A stretch of DNA of 55,916 bases, counting the filler, from Sphacelaria rigidula (taxonomy: Eukaryota): assembly GCA_964200075.2 (NCBI GenBank). It is 5 parts of 5 records of this genome, joined end to end, with 100 filler letters (N's around TTAATTAATTAA, not from the genome) between each part and the next. Parts side by side here need not be neighbours in the genome. Positions count along the whole stretch, not along the records: positions 1 to 11,106 come from CAXNAA020005380.1; 4 more parts are not named here. One strand, written 5' to 3'. Each line of letters opens with the position of its first letter. Within the stretch, counting starts at the first letter, position 1. Positions 1-11,206 of the stretch are shown one piece after another. Under the pieces are notes generated by a model. The model worked only from the letters and a program-made list of their open reading frames with translations, was not told the origin of the DNA and did not search any database. Both the position numbers and the translations under genes were made by a program.

Positions 1-299
1 GGGGGGGGGGGGCAGGGGGGGAGGGTGGGTGGCGCGGCGGGGCGCTGGGGGGGGCGGGGGGGCGGCGGGGTGGGGGGGGGGGGGGGGGGGGGGGGGGGGT
101 ACTTATTCCTTGCTTGCCGTAGTCGTTCGACCATTGACCACGCATCCCTTTCAAGACGGAGCCGGGGGAGGGGGGGGTAGCATGGAAGCTGGCACCCCTG
201 CCTTGCCCTTCCGGTTGTTAACTTTTTGGAGCTGCTATGTCGATACCTTCCGGTACTCGTTGAGACTGTTCCAGCACACCTGTGCGTTTTTTCGGTAGT

Positions 300-560
300 G
301 AGTGATGCTACGGCAGGGATGCACAAATATTTTCTGAGTATACAATTGTTGGGAGCCCTTCATCTAATCCAAAACACGACGTATAAAGTATGTGAAACTA
401 CACCAGGATTCCTATTTCAATGTGCTAAGGGTGGGTGCCCCGAATGAATTTGCAAAGGGGGGTGACCTGTGCCATATTCTTGTGCATCTAGAATCGTTAG
501 GAGCCCCTGAACTAGACAAGATTTCGCGGATAACGTGCACCCCCTAGCGTTGCATTGCTC
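300..560. mobile_element. ~260-bp MITE inserted into an arm of a foldback element
   Basis: Imperfect TIRs GAGTGATGCTACGGCAGGGATGCAC / (rc) GAGCAATGCAACGCTAGGGGGTGCAC, with flanks TAGT/CAGT. Removing the element restores the host motif CGGTAGTCGCAG seen intact in sibling arms. Further copies at 32928-33135 (inverted) and 33804-33930. Confidence 0.75.
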
Positions 561-770
561 CAGTCGCAGTTTTTTTCTTGCCCAAACTGGCACTTTTCCG
601 GGAGACCGGTTATTTTTCTGAGAGACCGGTCAAGCCCAGGCAAATCTCGGAAGTTTTTCTGGACTTGATGACCGTTCTCCGAGAAAATGACCAGCCTCCA
701 AGAAAAATGCAAGTTTGAGCAAGAACAAAAATTGCGGCTACCAGAAAAACGCACAGGTGTGTTGGGGTAA

Positions 771-1284
771 GGCCGCTTCTTATCATGGCAGATGTAAATC
801 AAAATCTGGAATACCGCTTTTTTGGAGTTTCTGCGTCATTTTACGCTCTAACAGGGAGATGGGCAGATTTTGACACCTTGGAGTGCCTTGCTGTACTCAT
901 TGAGACGGTTCCAGCACACCTGTACGTTTCTCTGGTGGCCGCAGTTTTGTTCTTGCCCAATCTTGTTTTATCCTCGGAGGCCGCTCATTTTTCCAGACAA
1001 AATACACACACCAGTGCGTTTTTCCGGTCGGGACAGATTTGTTCTTGCCCATTCTTACATTTTTCTCGGCGAGCGCTCATTTTTTTCGGAGACCGGTCAA
1101 GTCCAGATAAAGTATACGTACAAAGCACAGGCGTGCTGGAAGCGTCTCGGCGAGCGCAGCAAGGCGCTCCAAGAGGTCAAAAGCCTCCCAGCTCCCTGTT
1201 GGGGAATTAAACGAGACAGAACCTCTAAAAATGCACTTTTCACTTTTCCATAATTTTATCTTTGTCTGCCATAAAAGGAGCGGC
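771..1284. mobile_element. PIF/Harbinger-like (Tourist-type) foldback MITE
   Basis: ~160-bp imperfect TIRs starting GGCCGCTTCTTATCATGGCAGA and ending TCTGCCATAAAAGGAGCGGC, flanked by TAA/TTA. Related arms occur at ~240-770 and 1290-1729. Confidence 0.7.
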
Positions 1285-1289
1285 TTACA

Positions 1290-1729
1290 GCAAATAAATA
1301 TGAAAAATATGGAAAACTCCCTTTTTGGGCCTTCTGCATCGTGATACACCCTCCGAGAGGGCTGAGCGCATTGTGACACCTTGGAATTACTTACTCTACG
1401 GGTTGAGACGGTTTGAGGACACCTTCGCGTTTTCCGGTGGCGGCTGTTATTCTCCTGCCCACACCTGCGTTCTTGCCCATGGACGGTCAAGTCCAGAGAA
1501 GACTGGCAGATTTTTCTAGATCTGGCCATTCTTGACCGTTTTTGTACACAAAGGCAGGTTTGGTCAGCAAAAAACTGCGGCTACCGGAAAACGCGAAGGT
1601 GTCCTGCAACGAGCAAGTTATTCCATGGTGTCGGAAATCCGCCTAACCCCCTTTTAGGGGTAAAACGACGCAGAAGATCCAAAAGGGCAGTATTTCACTT
1701 TTCTTCCTTGTTTGCCATAAGGAGCGGCC
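1290..1729. mobile_element. Second foldback MITE of the same family (left end truncated)
   Basis: 1310-1500 is an imperfect inverted repeat of 1520-1700 (GGACACCTTCGCGTTTTCCGGT / ACCGGAAAACGCGAAGGTGTCC). Ends TGCCATAAGGAGCGGCC. Confidence 0.65.
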
Positions 1730-1815
1730 TGAGGCACAAGAAGAATTTTCTCGGACAAACCGTTCCGTCACAAACGGCGATCGAAACAAATCTGCCTGAA
1801 AACGTTTCCATTTAT

Positions 1816-2362
1816 CTGGGGGGGGGGGGGCGGGGTATTTTCTATTTTCCGCTTCTGAGACATTTGACGCGGTTTTTGGCCCCCACAGAGGGAAATGGTC
1901 AACATCTGACTTGGACACTTTGCATCACCCCAGGGAGAGGAGTCCGACTTGCTTCTCCAATTAGCTCGGCTCCGAGGTTTGGAGAGTGGCCTCTGAACAA
2001 AACTGCGGCTAGACGAAAAAAATGGGGTGTCTGCAGGTACTTATTAATGACTTCAAAAGATCTGCAGATAGCACACTATTTTTCCCAGGCGTCTTCTTGT
2101 TCAGAGGCCACTTTCGAAACGTCGGAGCCAAGTGAATCGGGAAAGTGGGCTAGACTCCTCTCGGCGGGGTGATGCTACGTGTACAAGACGTATGATGGTA
2201 ATATTCCCTGCTCGGGGGCCAAAAACCGTATCAAGCATCCCAAAAGTGAAAAATAGACATCCCCCAGAAATACCGACCGTAAAGAAACGGCCTAAAAACA
2301 ACCAGAAAAAAAAAAACTCAAACGGATACTTTCGTATCATACAGTAGCACAAGAAGCGGTCC
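1816..2362. mobile_element. Long-armed palindromic (foldback) element
   Basis: ~220-bp arms 1816-2036 and 2061-2270 (e.g. AGTGGCCTCTGAACAA / TTGTTCAGAGGCCACT; GGTTTTTGGCCCCC / GGGGGCCAAAAACC) with a ~25-bp loop. A family-like end AAGAAGCGGTCC lies at ~2362. Confidence 0.65.
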
Positions 2363-4189
2363 CAGCATACCGCAACAATAATTGTATTTTTTTCTAGTGT
2401 TTTGCCATCCCCCTTCCCTCTCCCCCTCCCAGGCCTCGCTCATGATGACCTGATCACAAAATCAACAGGGTTGGAACTGGCCTTCAGCTGGTAGGATTCC
2501 TTGGAACAGTTTTCCCCTATAATATCGCAATGATCTATATGGTATCTGGCGGGTGTTCCCTTCTCGAAACGGGTCTACCCGCCGCGCCCGCTAGGCTTTG
2601 CTCAACTCTTCCCGAAATCGAGGAGGCGGGGTCACGGCCTGCAGGTGGTCGGGGCACTTGCAAGGAAGCATACAACGACGCAACGGATATCATGAAATAA
2701 CAGAGGGAAGCTCCACGTGTTATGATCGTTAACCTACGTATTTCCCCGACACATGGCAACAGGCTTTGTGGCCTAAATTTTCCCGGCACTCCGATCGCCT
2801 TTCTACAGGTGAATAATAAAAAAAAATGAAACAGTTGGTCTTCGTGTAGGGCTCATTTTTTGGCAGGGTTTTGGGACGAAGGAGAGCACGGTGGCAAGAG
2901 GGATGCTACCCATCTGCTTTGCCCAGGCTTGCCATGAAAGCGATCTTTATCACTCCGCTTTGCTTCTCTTCTGTTTTTTTTATTCCTCATGGCTAATGGG
3001 TGCGCGGATATGAAACATCAGGTGTCTCAAACCAACTTGCGTTCTACACCCACCTCCGCATGGCGACACCGTGCACAGCGAGGTTCAAATCTCAAATCTT
3101 GTTTAGGAACACGCTATCTCTTTTTAGAACGCTAAATCCGGGGAGGGGAGTTGGCTTTCCACGAGCCACATTTCCACTCTGGCGATGCTGTCCCGGCGGC
3201 CATCGATCGCTGAATGCATTACGCTGTATGGCTCACAGGTTGTGGTATCTAGTGACAACAGTCGCCCGGCTCAACTTGCGGACCATAGAGGACCACAGCC
3301 GAGGCATACCCAGGCACGACGAAGACGTAGGGGCAAATGCATTTCTTACCTTCACAGCTGTATGCCATGCTTTCAATTTCATACCCCTCCATTTCCTTGG
3401 GACGAGTCCGGAGTTTCTGGGGATCAGCCCATTTCCCCCCCTGTACATGCACTGAACTGTACTACTGTTCGAAACGCTTTGTGGTGCAAGCGCTGTGAGT
3501 TTGCACGAGGCAATGTGGCATCTGAGTGGAGAGACACGTTGCCCGAACACGGAATGAGCATGTTTTAAGTGCAAGTTCCTGGATGACATATTTTGACGAA
3601 CGCGCCTGCTTGGGAAGAGGGAGGGTGCTATCCACCGCCTCATCCGAGGCAACGCCCCCTCTGAGGTGAAACGGTGAGGGCTTCAAGGCCTTCTGCTATT
3701 GCAGAACGTAAGGTAATCTTGCCTCGAGACATGAATGCGAATGAATCGGAACAGAGGATTTCAAATCTTGCCCATTATCACAGTGCCCATGCCTCACCCC
3801 ATCCCCATTGTTGACCTCGGTTTCACAACAAGACCAACCCATTGTTTGTTCCGGGCAGTATCTGTCCGCCGATCATCGGCGACGGTGTGGGGGTGTACCC
3901 TGGAAGGCACCACACTGTGGCACTCTAGACAAAGGAAGGTGAATCTTCAACCCGGATTTATGCTTTAGCACGATGCAGCAGAGTAGTACATATGCCGCAA
4001 TCCACGGCAGTTACAAAGGCCGGGACCTACAATACGCAACGATCCAGACAAATGGCTGCGCAACTTGCCTGTCCGCGTCGGCAGGCGGTCTCCCTCGGGA
4101 TACAAGTGTACTGATGTGTACACTACTGCCGGAGAGATGCGGTGACCACAGCCCTTGCTACCTGCTACGGCAAGAGCAACATTCCTCAC

Positions 4190-4303
4190 CATAGATCTTT
4201 CTGTGAGTGCACCAGCCATGGCTAACAGCGATCCCAACAGCAGCGCTTTGGCAGCACCCAGCGACATCATCCCAAGGCCAGCACCTTTGCGATATCTCTC
4301 CAT
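4190..4303 (-). CDS. Candidate first exon encoding a signal-peptide-like N-terminus (unknown protein)
   Basis: ATG at 4303 gives MERYRKGAGLGMMSLGAAKALLLGSLLAMAGALTERSM (basic n-region, hydrophobic core, AGA cleavage-like site), followed by donor GTGAGG. Downstream exons could not be resolved uniquely. Confidence 0.35.
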
Positions 4304-5156
4304 CGTCCACCCAACAGTCAACCTACCACAGCTTGCGGGCCCTCGTCGTCTGATTCTTGTAACACTTTACTGGAATGTATTGTAGTTTCTACTGCAGCGG
4401 CAGACCGATGAAGGCGACCACTCCTTGGTTACGGGCTGCGGAAGTGATCCCAGGTACCGTGGAGAGAAGGGGGACTGCACCAATAAATACAAAGAACACT
4501 TCCTCACCAAGATATCTGAGAAAGGATGGGAAAGCGAAGGGGTGTTATTGAACGTGATATGATAGAGTATGACTCGAAGGCATTGCGTGCATCTGAAGCA
4601 TGTGTAACAGCGCAGCAGCAGCGGTTCATCTTATTTCTCTGTGTTGCGATTAAGTGAGCTGCGATATTCATGCTGAAAAGCATGGTAAAGCACAGTGTAG
4701 CATAAGTAACGGTGCATGTGTGCCTTCATTGCTGGAAGAGAGAAAGCGAAGTAATCGAAGAAAACGTACTGACAGTGTAGTTCAAGAGGCATAAAAAAAG
4801 CGCTCAAATTTGCAAATTTGAATTTGACTTACGACGTTCAAGGGCGCCTGGAGGGCGGGCTGGGTATTCGGGGGGCGAGAGGCTACGCTGTGCTTTCTAT
4901 CTCGTGATCCAGAGGAAAAGCTTCAGGGTAAGGGGAAGAGAAGGAGAAAGATCAACACCAGCAGTGACAGCACCAGTAGCGTCCTGTCTCGAGAGGACCT
5001 TGCGAATTTAGCTTCAGATAGCGCAGAGGACATCACGTCTGGGAGGCAGGACAAACAGCCCAGCTGGCCACGTCGAGAGCGGCAGCAGGGAGATAAGCCG
5101 GGACAGTGTCGTCGCGCCTTCGTCTGGGCCAAACGTGACTTGAGTAGCCTGTGATC

Positions 5157-5275
5157 ATGTTTTCTTTGGGAAACCGTGGTGGTGGTGACATGGACATGGA
5201 AGAGGACGAAGTGTACCAGTACAGCAAAACCAAGCCAGGTCCCGTCTTTGCAGCAATCGAAGACATTTTGAGATG
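5157..5275 (+). CDS. Candidate first exon of an unknown protein
   Basis: ATG at 5157 gives MFSLGNRGGGDMDMEEDEVYQYSKTKPGPVFAAIEDILR(W), followed by donor GTGAGC. No homology recognised. Confidence 0.3.
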
Positions 5276-5559
5276 GTGAGCGGACTGAGATCTTGTTGAC
5301 ATTAAGATTACAAAAATGTACTCCTATACTGTACTGTAATAGAACAACGCCACCAATATGATGGGGTTTAACACCCCCAATGTGCGATGGTGCTTCTCTA
5401 GGGAGCAAGACCCTGCGCTACCGAAGAGCCACCCCCACATGCTGTACGTCGAGGTTGATTTAGGGGACTTTTCACAGGTTTTAATTTCGATAAACGCGAA
5501 GATCGGAAACTGAAAGAAGCAAGGCTGAGTGCGTTGCACTCCTGTAGTCTGGTGGTAGT

Positions 5560-6260
5560 CGCACACTGCATTTCTGGTGAGGTCTCTCAATAGGCATACC
5601 TCAAGCCGCAGCGCCCATGACTATCACATGCTGCGATACCATGAGGTCCTCGAAAGTACAAGCTGCGAGTGCATTGAGGTCGCCGTAATGAAATGAACCC
5701 TGCTACACGCCGGCAGCGTTATGCGCATACACGATGAACGCCTCCCCAGCATCGTCATGCGTGGAGAGATGTGCTGTACTGTGGGGAAGTACACTCGCTA
5801 TTAATAGTGAATCTGCCGTCTTTCCGAACAGCTGTGGTAGTTGTCCATGAGGGTGCCTGGGGTTGTTTTTGAGCTGATCCTCGTGTCATTAGACTACTTT
5901 TCTTTTCTGTTCTTTTCTCTTATTTCCCTTTTTTTTTCCTCTTATTTCCCTTTTCTTCCGGTGTTCAGCCGATCCGAAGTTTTTTTTTGTTTCCCGTTCA
6001 TTCTGTTGAACTCGGGGTAGCTACTGTACTCGTACTTTTCGCATGTTTTCCTGGCGTATCTCTTCTTATTTTCATTTTGGTAATGTTTTAGTCGATTGTG
6101 TTTGTTTTTTGTAACTAGTCTTGAGTCTCGGGGGAAAATGACGAAGACTCCATGTGTCTTGTGAGAAGTAGCAGGGATGGTAGTGAAGAGACAAGCCTAC
6201 GTCTGTAACCACGGGTTCGAGAGATCGGACTAACGTACGGAAATAAAGAAAATAATAATC
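5560..6260 (+). mobile_element. 5'-truncated RTE-type LINE fragment with 3' UTR and tail
   Basis: 5560-5772 aligns with 43290-43502 (YHEVLE..C.E..H.G..RIHDERLP..VMRGE). 6120-6260 aligns with the LINE 3' end at 44060-44215 (AGCCTACGTC..ACCACGGGTTCGA..ATCGGA). Confidence 0.8.
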
Positions 6261-7160
6261 AAAGTGGGGTGTCGGTCATTGTGACTGATAGCTTGACAGA
6301 ATGTCCCATATGAACTGATTCGCTGGGAAGTCGGACAAGGTGGCAAGATGGATGTCTGTACCCAAGGTGATGAAATAAATAGGAACGCTTGCTGAAGGAC
6401 ACTCTGTGAAAAAACGCAGAAAACAGATGACTGAGGAGAGCAAACAGAGTAAACTGCAATGCAAACGGCACAGAAAGAGTAATACCAGCACTCGTGGAGA
6501 ACCAGAAAGCCTTTCGAGCTGAGTGAAGTAGGCGGTCTAGAGTTCTTAGTCCCGAGAAAAGACAAGAAACGAGAACGAGAACATAAGCCAGAAGATAAAT
6601 GCAAGAAGAAATGGGAGGTCCCTGCGACATGACTTTAGGTGAGGCGGTCGTTCAAGAGTGGGGCGGTCAAGAACGGAACAAGAACAAAGCAACACAAGGA
6701 CTTGGAAGCAGGTTGCGACTTGGCTGTCTGAGAACAAGACTATCTCTTCGGACAGCAGCTCTCACATACGAGCTTCGTAATAGCGCACCCAAGAAATGTA
6801 CCGTACCCGTACGGTAAGTGACTATAGTACAGGCATTGCAACAGACACCGTACAGGACAGAACTGGACAATCGCACAGTAGATCACAGTACAGTACGGTC
6901 GTCGATGAATCATAGTTTTTTCGAGCCTCGATTTCCTTGAGAACAGCGGCGACGATCATCTGCACGTATCTCGCGCGACCACGCCGCCCGCCGAACATTC
7001 GTTGAGTCCCGTAGGTTACGTTATATACCACCCCGCTTTACACGAGTAGGGTTCAAGTACGATAGTCGTGAACAAAAAAGAGGGGGATAAAATCGAAATC
7101 GCAGGCTCGTGGGAGAGGGCTTCGTGGAGTCACAATAGTTGTGGTGCTTTTTTTTATTTT

Positions 7161-7330
7161 ATTTGATTGATTGTCGCACTTGAAGTGGCTCCCAGAAGTC
7201 CAGCCGTGCTTATTATCCATATAATAGACGTACCAGAGACAAAACACAACTAAAACACTCCCTGAAGAAAAAGAGAACAAAACAAGGCAGAACTGAACAA
7301 AAGAGTAGAGTAAAATACATATATATACTG
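7161..7330 (-). mobile_element. Non-LTR retroelement 3' end with (CAAT)n tail, copy 1
   Basis: Plus strand TGATTGATTGTCGCACTT..CCAGCCGTG..ATTATCCA..GACGTACC, then a purine-rich tract. Shared with 10212, 17348 and 26525. Confidence 0.65.
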
Positions 7331-7840
7331 TATATATGTACACAAGAAAAAAGATGTGACACTTCCCGGTGTATAGAAATGTCCATGGGTTGTGCACAAA
7401 ACTATTCAACTGCCCATGTTTTGTGAGATGAATATGAAACGTGACCCCCCCCCCCTGTGATCTGTATATTTTTGGATGAGAAATCCGTCACGCGGGAGGT
7501 GGTATTTAGAGGGTAGGAGGGTACGGTGCGTGCGTGTGCGTGTGTGTGTGTGAATGAGTGACTCCCCCGACGAAGACAGATTTTTTAATTCGATGGAACT
7601 CAGGGTTTTGAAAACTTACTCGTCGTGGTAGGGATGGCGCAAGGTGTGCGTCGAGCTACGAACGCATCCCGGTATATTATCAAACGGGTCATCAACCCCG
7701 CGAGCGCCTAGTTCCCTTCAGTAGTCCGACCCCAGTTGGACGGGCTGAGGCTGGGAGGGGGAGGAAGGGGGAGGAGAACACAGCGTTCGGGCTAGAAAGT
7801 ACGGCTCGGCTAGGAAAGACCGCATTTTTTTTCTCTGGCA

Positions 7841-8695
7841 AGACTAGTTTTTTTGGCAACGCAAATCTCCATCTTTACGCAAATCGGGGAAGCTCAGAGC
7901 CAGGATTTGTCCTGTACGGCCCCCAATATGACCCTGATCAGGAGCGCTCAGAGCGGAATTATTCGATTTTTCGCACGAATTTTGCCCAATCCGCGCTACA
8001 GATCGAGGAATGTGGAGGTCCCTCAATCTTAAGGAAAGTGACTTGAAGTACGTTAGGTGACGTACGATGATAGGGCAAGAGGCATTTGATCTTTTCGAAA
8101 CTGCAGCAGCAGACAGTCTCGTGACAGCACAGATCGTACCTACCGGCGCTAGTTGCTGGGGCACCTTTGTAGCGCAGGTGACGCTCACGGGGTCTGGCAG
8201 GCGAATAAGGAGTGTTGACGCCGTACCCTGCGGCGATGGTACTATACTGCACTGCACTGCCGTATGTGTCGCCGCAATAAACGGTGCTGAACTATCCTAC
8301 TGTCTGTTGTCGATGGACTTTCAGGGTGGTGTACGGCACTGTACTCGTACTACCCTCTTCTCCCACACTGTTCTGGCAGTATTGACTGTACCATTGTGCT
8401 TTGACGCACGGCATTCATCATCGTCTGTACTGTGATCATGGAGTGTACTGTACTGCATTTCCCTAGGGTACCACGGTACGACACTGCACTCAAAAGATGA
8501 TTTCACTGCCTGCAAGCTCTTCGGCTCCACTGGAAAGCGATACCACACCCCTGCAGAAAATGACCCTCCATGTACAGAACCATTTCAACAAATCTAGTGA
8601 AACCGTAACGGGCCCCCTGCAAATATGACTCACCCCGATTTTGCTCAAACCGGGGTCTCTGCAGATTCGGGATTTGTCTCCAGGAGGACCAGTCT
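7841..8695. mobile_element. Possible degenerate TIR element
   Basis: Left AGACTAGTTTTTTTGGC..CAAATC..CAAATCGGGG vs rc of right AGACTGGTCCTCCTGGAGACAAATC..CAAAATCGGGG. The interior is rich in (CTGTA)-like units. Confidence 0.35.
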
Positions 8696-9458
8696 AACGT
8701 GGTGAAGTTATTGGTTATTGGGCGTTAGTCTACGAAAAGTTCACTTGTGCACCTGTCGCCCCGAAATGGCACTGTTTTGGAGCAAATAACCGAAATTTGA
8801 AAAAACGCGCCATTATTGAAGCGCCATTTTCGCTCGGACTTCTTCAGGTACATCAATCGCGGATACGTGTTGCTCTTTCGTACCTCACAAGAAAAATGAA
8901 GAAGAAAATACATGTATTCTTGGCTCATATAGGCATTGCGCAAAAAAGCGCTCATAGACCTGAACCCAACTTAACGCTAGAGAGACCAGATCCCGACAGG
9001 GTACATCTTATGCTCTCATGTTTTTTTTTCCCCCTCAAGCACCGCTTCTGGTCTGTCCTGTCCACAGTTTCTTGGGCGATTACGTATTATTTTGAACACC
9101 TCCTGTGGTTTCTATGTCGAACTTCCTTTGGTTCTCGACTGATTGCGCGCCATTCGAGCCTCGTTTTTCGGACGCCATTGACCTGCTCGTTTTGACCCCT
9201 CTCTCTTCTCATCTGCACGCCCCGTGGTTCTGGTTGTTGAATGCCGTTCTTCGGTTCTCGTCTGAACCTCTATGGATCTCCGTCCTTGTTTTTTTTTTTT
9301 CAACAGCGCGATCTGTCGAGGGGTCTCCGATCCTCCGTTGTCGCTGCCCTGCTGTCAGCAGCTCTTCTGCTCCTTTTGCATACGAGAGTACCTGGTCACA
9401 ACCAACCCTCGTTGCCCCAGCTGCAGATGCGAAGGTGACTACACAGGGACACCACCCT

Positions 9459-9500
9459 GTACCGCACCGTACCGTACCGTACCGTACCGTACCGTACGTA
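9459..9500. repeat. (CCGTA)n pentanucleotide microsatellite
   Basis: accgcaccgtaccgtaccgtaccgtaccgtaccgtacgta. Confidence 0.9.
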
Positions 9501-10038
9501 CTTTACTGTACCTGTCCCTCACAAGTTAGCATTTTCTGACGGTGTTGCGTTTATTTAGTTGTGATTGATAGGTCTTGTCCATAATATCGTTTTTCCCTTT
9601 TATTCCTCGCCTTCTCCGGCGTTTATGGCTCACCTCGATCCTCTTCGCTAATTCCGACTCATTTTGGTCTTCGATGAATACATATGTAGTCCTATATTGT
9701 ATTTATCGGATTGTCTCTTCATCTTCTCTCTGTCGACTACTTTTTTTTTTCGTTTCCACGTAACCTGGTGGTGGGTACATACATGTTGCGACCGCCTGCT
9801 GGATTCGCAAGCAGATTAGTTGAATGTGATACGGTCGACCACCAAAGTCTATTGCCTTAAAAAGGTATACCTTCCGGTGGCTCACCCCACCCCTCCGCCC
9901 ACCGCTTTTCTATTGTGCGTGCATTCGTACGTGCGTGTTTTGTATCGTCTACCCTGCGCCAATATCTGTCGATGGCGTACAGCTGAGCCGAGCAAGCTGA
10001 TTCTCAGCAAAGGGCTGCGATCGGTGAGTTGCGAATGG

Positions 10039-10160
10039 CATTTCATCCTACACTACAACACTACGTCAAAACAGTCGGCTGTTTCCGGGAACGTGTCTCC
10101 ATTTCATCCTACACTACAGCACTACGTCAGAACAGTCGGCTGTTTCCGGGAACGTGTCTC
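10039..10160. repeat. 61-bp tandem duplication (2 copies)
   Basis: CATTTCATCCTACACTACA..GGGAACGTGTCTC repeated with 2 substitutions. Confidence 0.9.
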
Positions 10161-10211
10161 ACGTTTTTTTAATTCTCAGCGTAATTTTTCTTCTCCTTTT
10201 GTAAATGTGCG

Positions 10212-10440
10212 TTTGATTGGTTGACTGATTAATTGATTGATTGGTTGATTGTCATCATCCACTTCCACTGACCCCCTAGGTAGTCATGATCCAGCCGTGG
10301 TCATTATCCACATGATGGACGTACCCGAAACAACTCCAAACTGAAGCACTCGCTGAAGAAAACTAGGAGAAGAAATAACAGAAAACGCAGAACAGACCAA
10401 CAGAATAAAAGCTAAAAAAAAAGCAGAGATAAAAAGACAA
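10212..10440 (-). mobile_element. Non-LTR retroelement 3' end with (CAAT)n tail, copy 2
   Basis: (ATTG)n-like run followed by GATCCAGCCGTGGTCATTATCCACATGATGGACGTACC. Confidence 0.65.
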
Positions 10441-10503
10441 CAGATAAATATATGAATGAATATATATATATATATCACGAATTAAGAGACGGTTCTGAAA
10501 TCC

Positions 10504-10865
10504 TCCCCCCCCCCCCTATGAGATCTGCGTCGGTTGGCAATGACGCTGTAAAACACGCCACTCACTGCGTAAGCTGTTATTGGGTACCAGGTTACCGACT
10601 TTTTTTTTTGCGCGCTTGTGTTTTTCTTGCGGTAACCATGATGGTGGTCGAGCTAGATCATGGTGTGCGACGTGGGAGAACCTCAACTCCGCGCAAAGAA
10701 CATGGTCGTACTATAATACGTGGTGTTTGCATGGTGAGACACTCATGAGGCGGTGTATGAGCCGTGGCTGTCTCTGGAAGTGTCTATACCAGAAAGTGAA
10801 GCAACTCATTGGAGACTGCCATCTAAGTGCAAGATACCCGGTACGCTTCGGGCCGAACAATCTTA
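10504..10865 (-). repeat. Dispersed ~500-bp family A, partial copy
   Basis: Reverse complement aligns with 16040-16390. Confidence 0.85.
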
Positions 10866-11106
10866 TTACGGGGGAACATTGTTAGTAGGGATGGATACAT
10901 GACAAGACGTAACTCCAGTATTTTGGGGTCGATTTCAACAAACGATAGCTCGGATGAACCGCAAGGTACACGCGAACAATGGCCAGCAAGAAAAAAGAGG
11001 AAGAGCAAGAACACTGAAAGTTAAGGCCCATTCCGTGAAATTTTCCTGTTGGTTTCCCCCCGATCATGGATGAACGGTTGAGATATGGCGGGCGATATCT
11101 AGGGGG

Positions 11107-11206
11107 NNNNNNNNNNNNNNNNNNNNNNNNNNNNNNNNNNNNNNNNNNNNTTAATTAATTAANNNNNNNNNNNNNNNNNNNNNNNNNNNNNNNNNNNNNN
11201 NNNNNN
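11107..11206. other. Artificial contig spacer
   Basis: 44N + TTAATTAATTAA (stops in all six frames) + 44N. Confidence 0.98.

Noticed and set aside
1-99. Gly-rich ORF / G-quadruplex array (also 44630-44690)
   Set aside because: Noisy poly-G at contig ends is typical of read-end artefacts. The ORF is a by-product.
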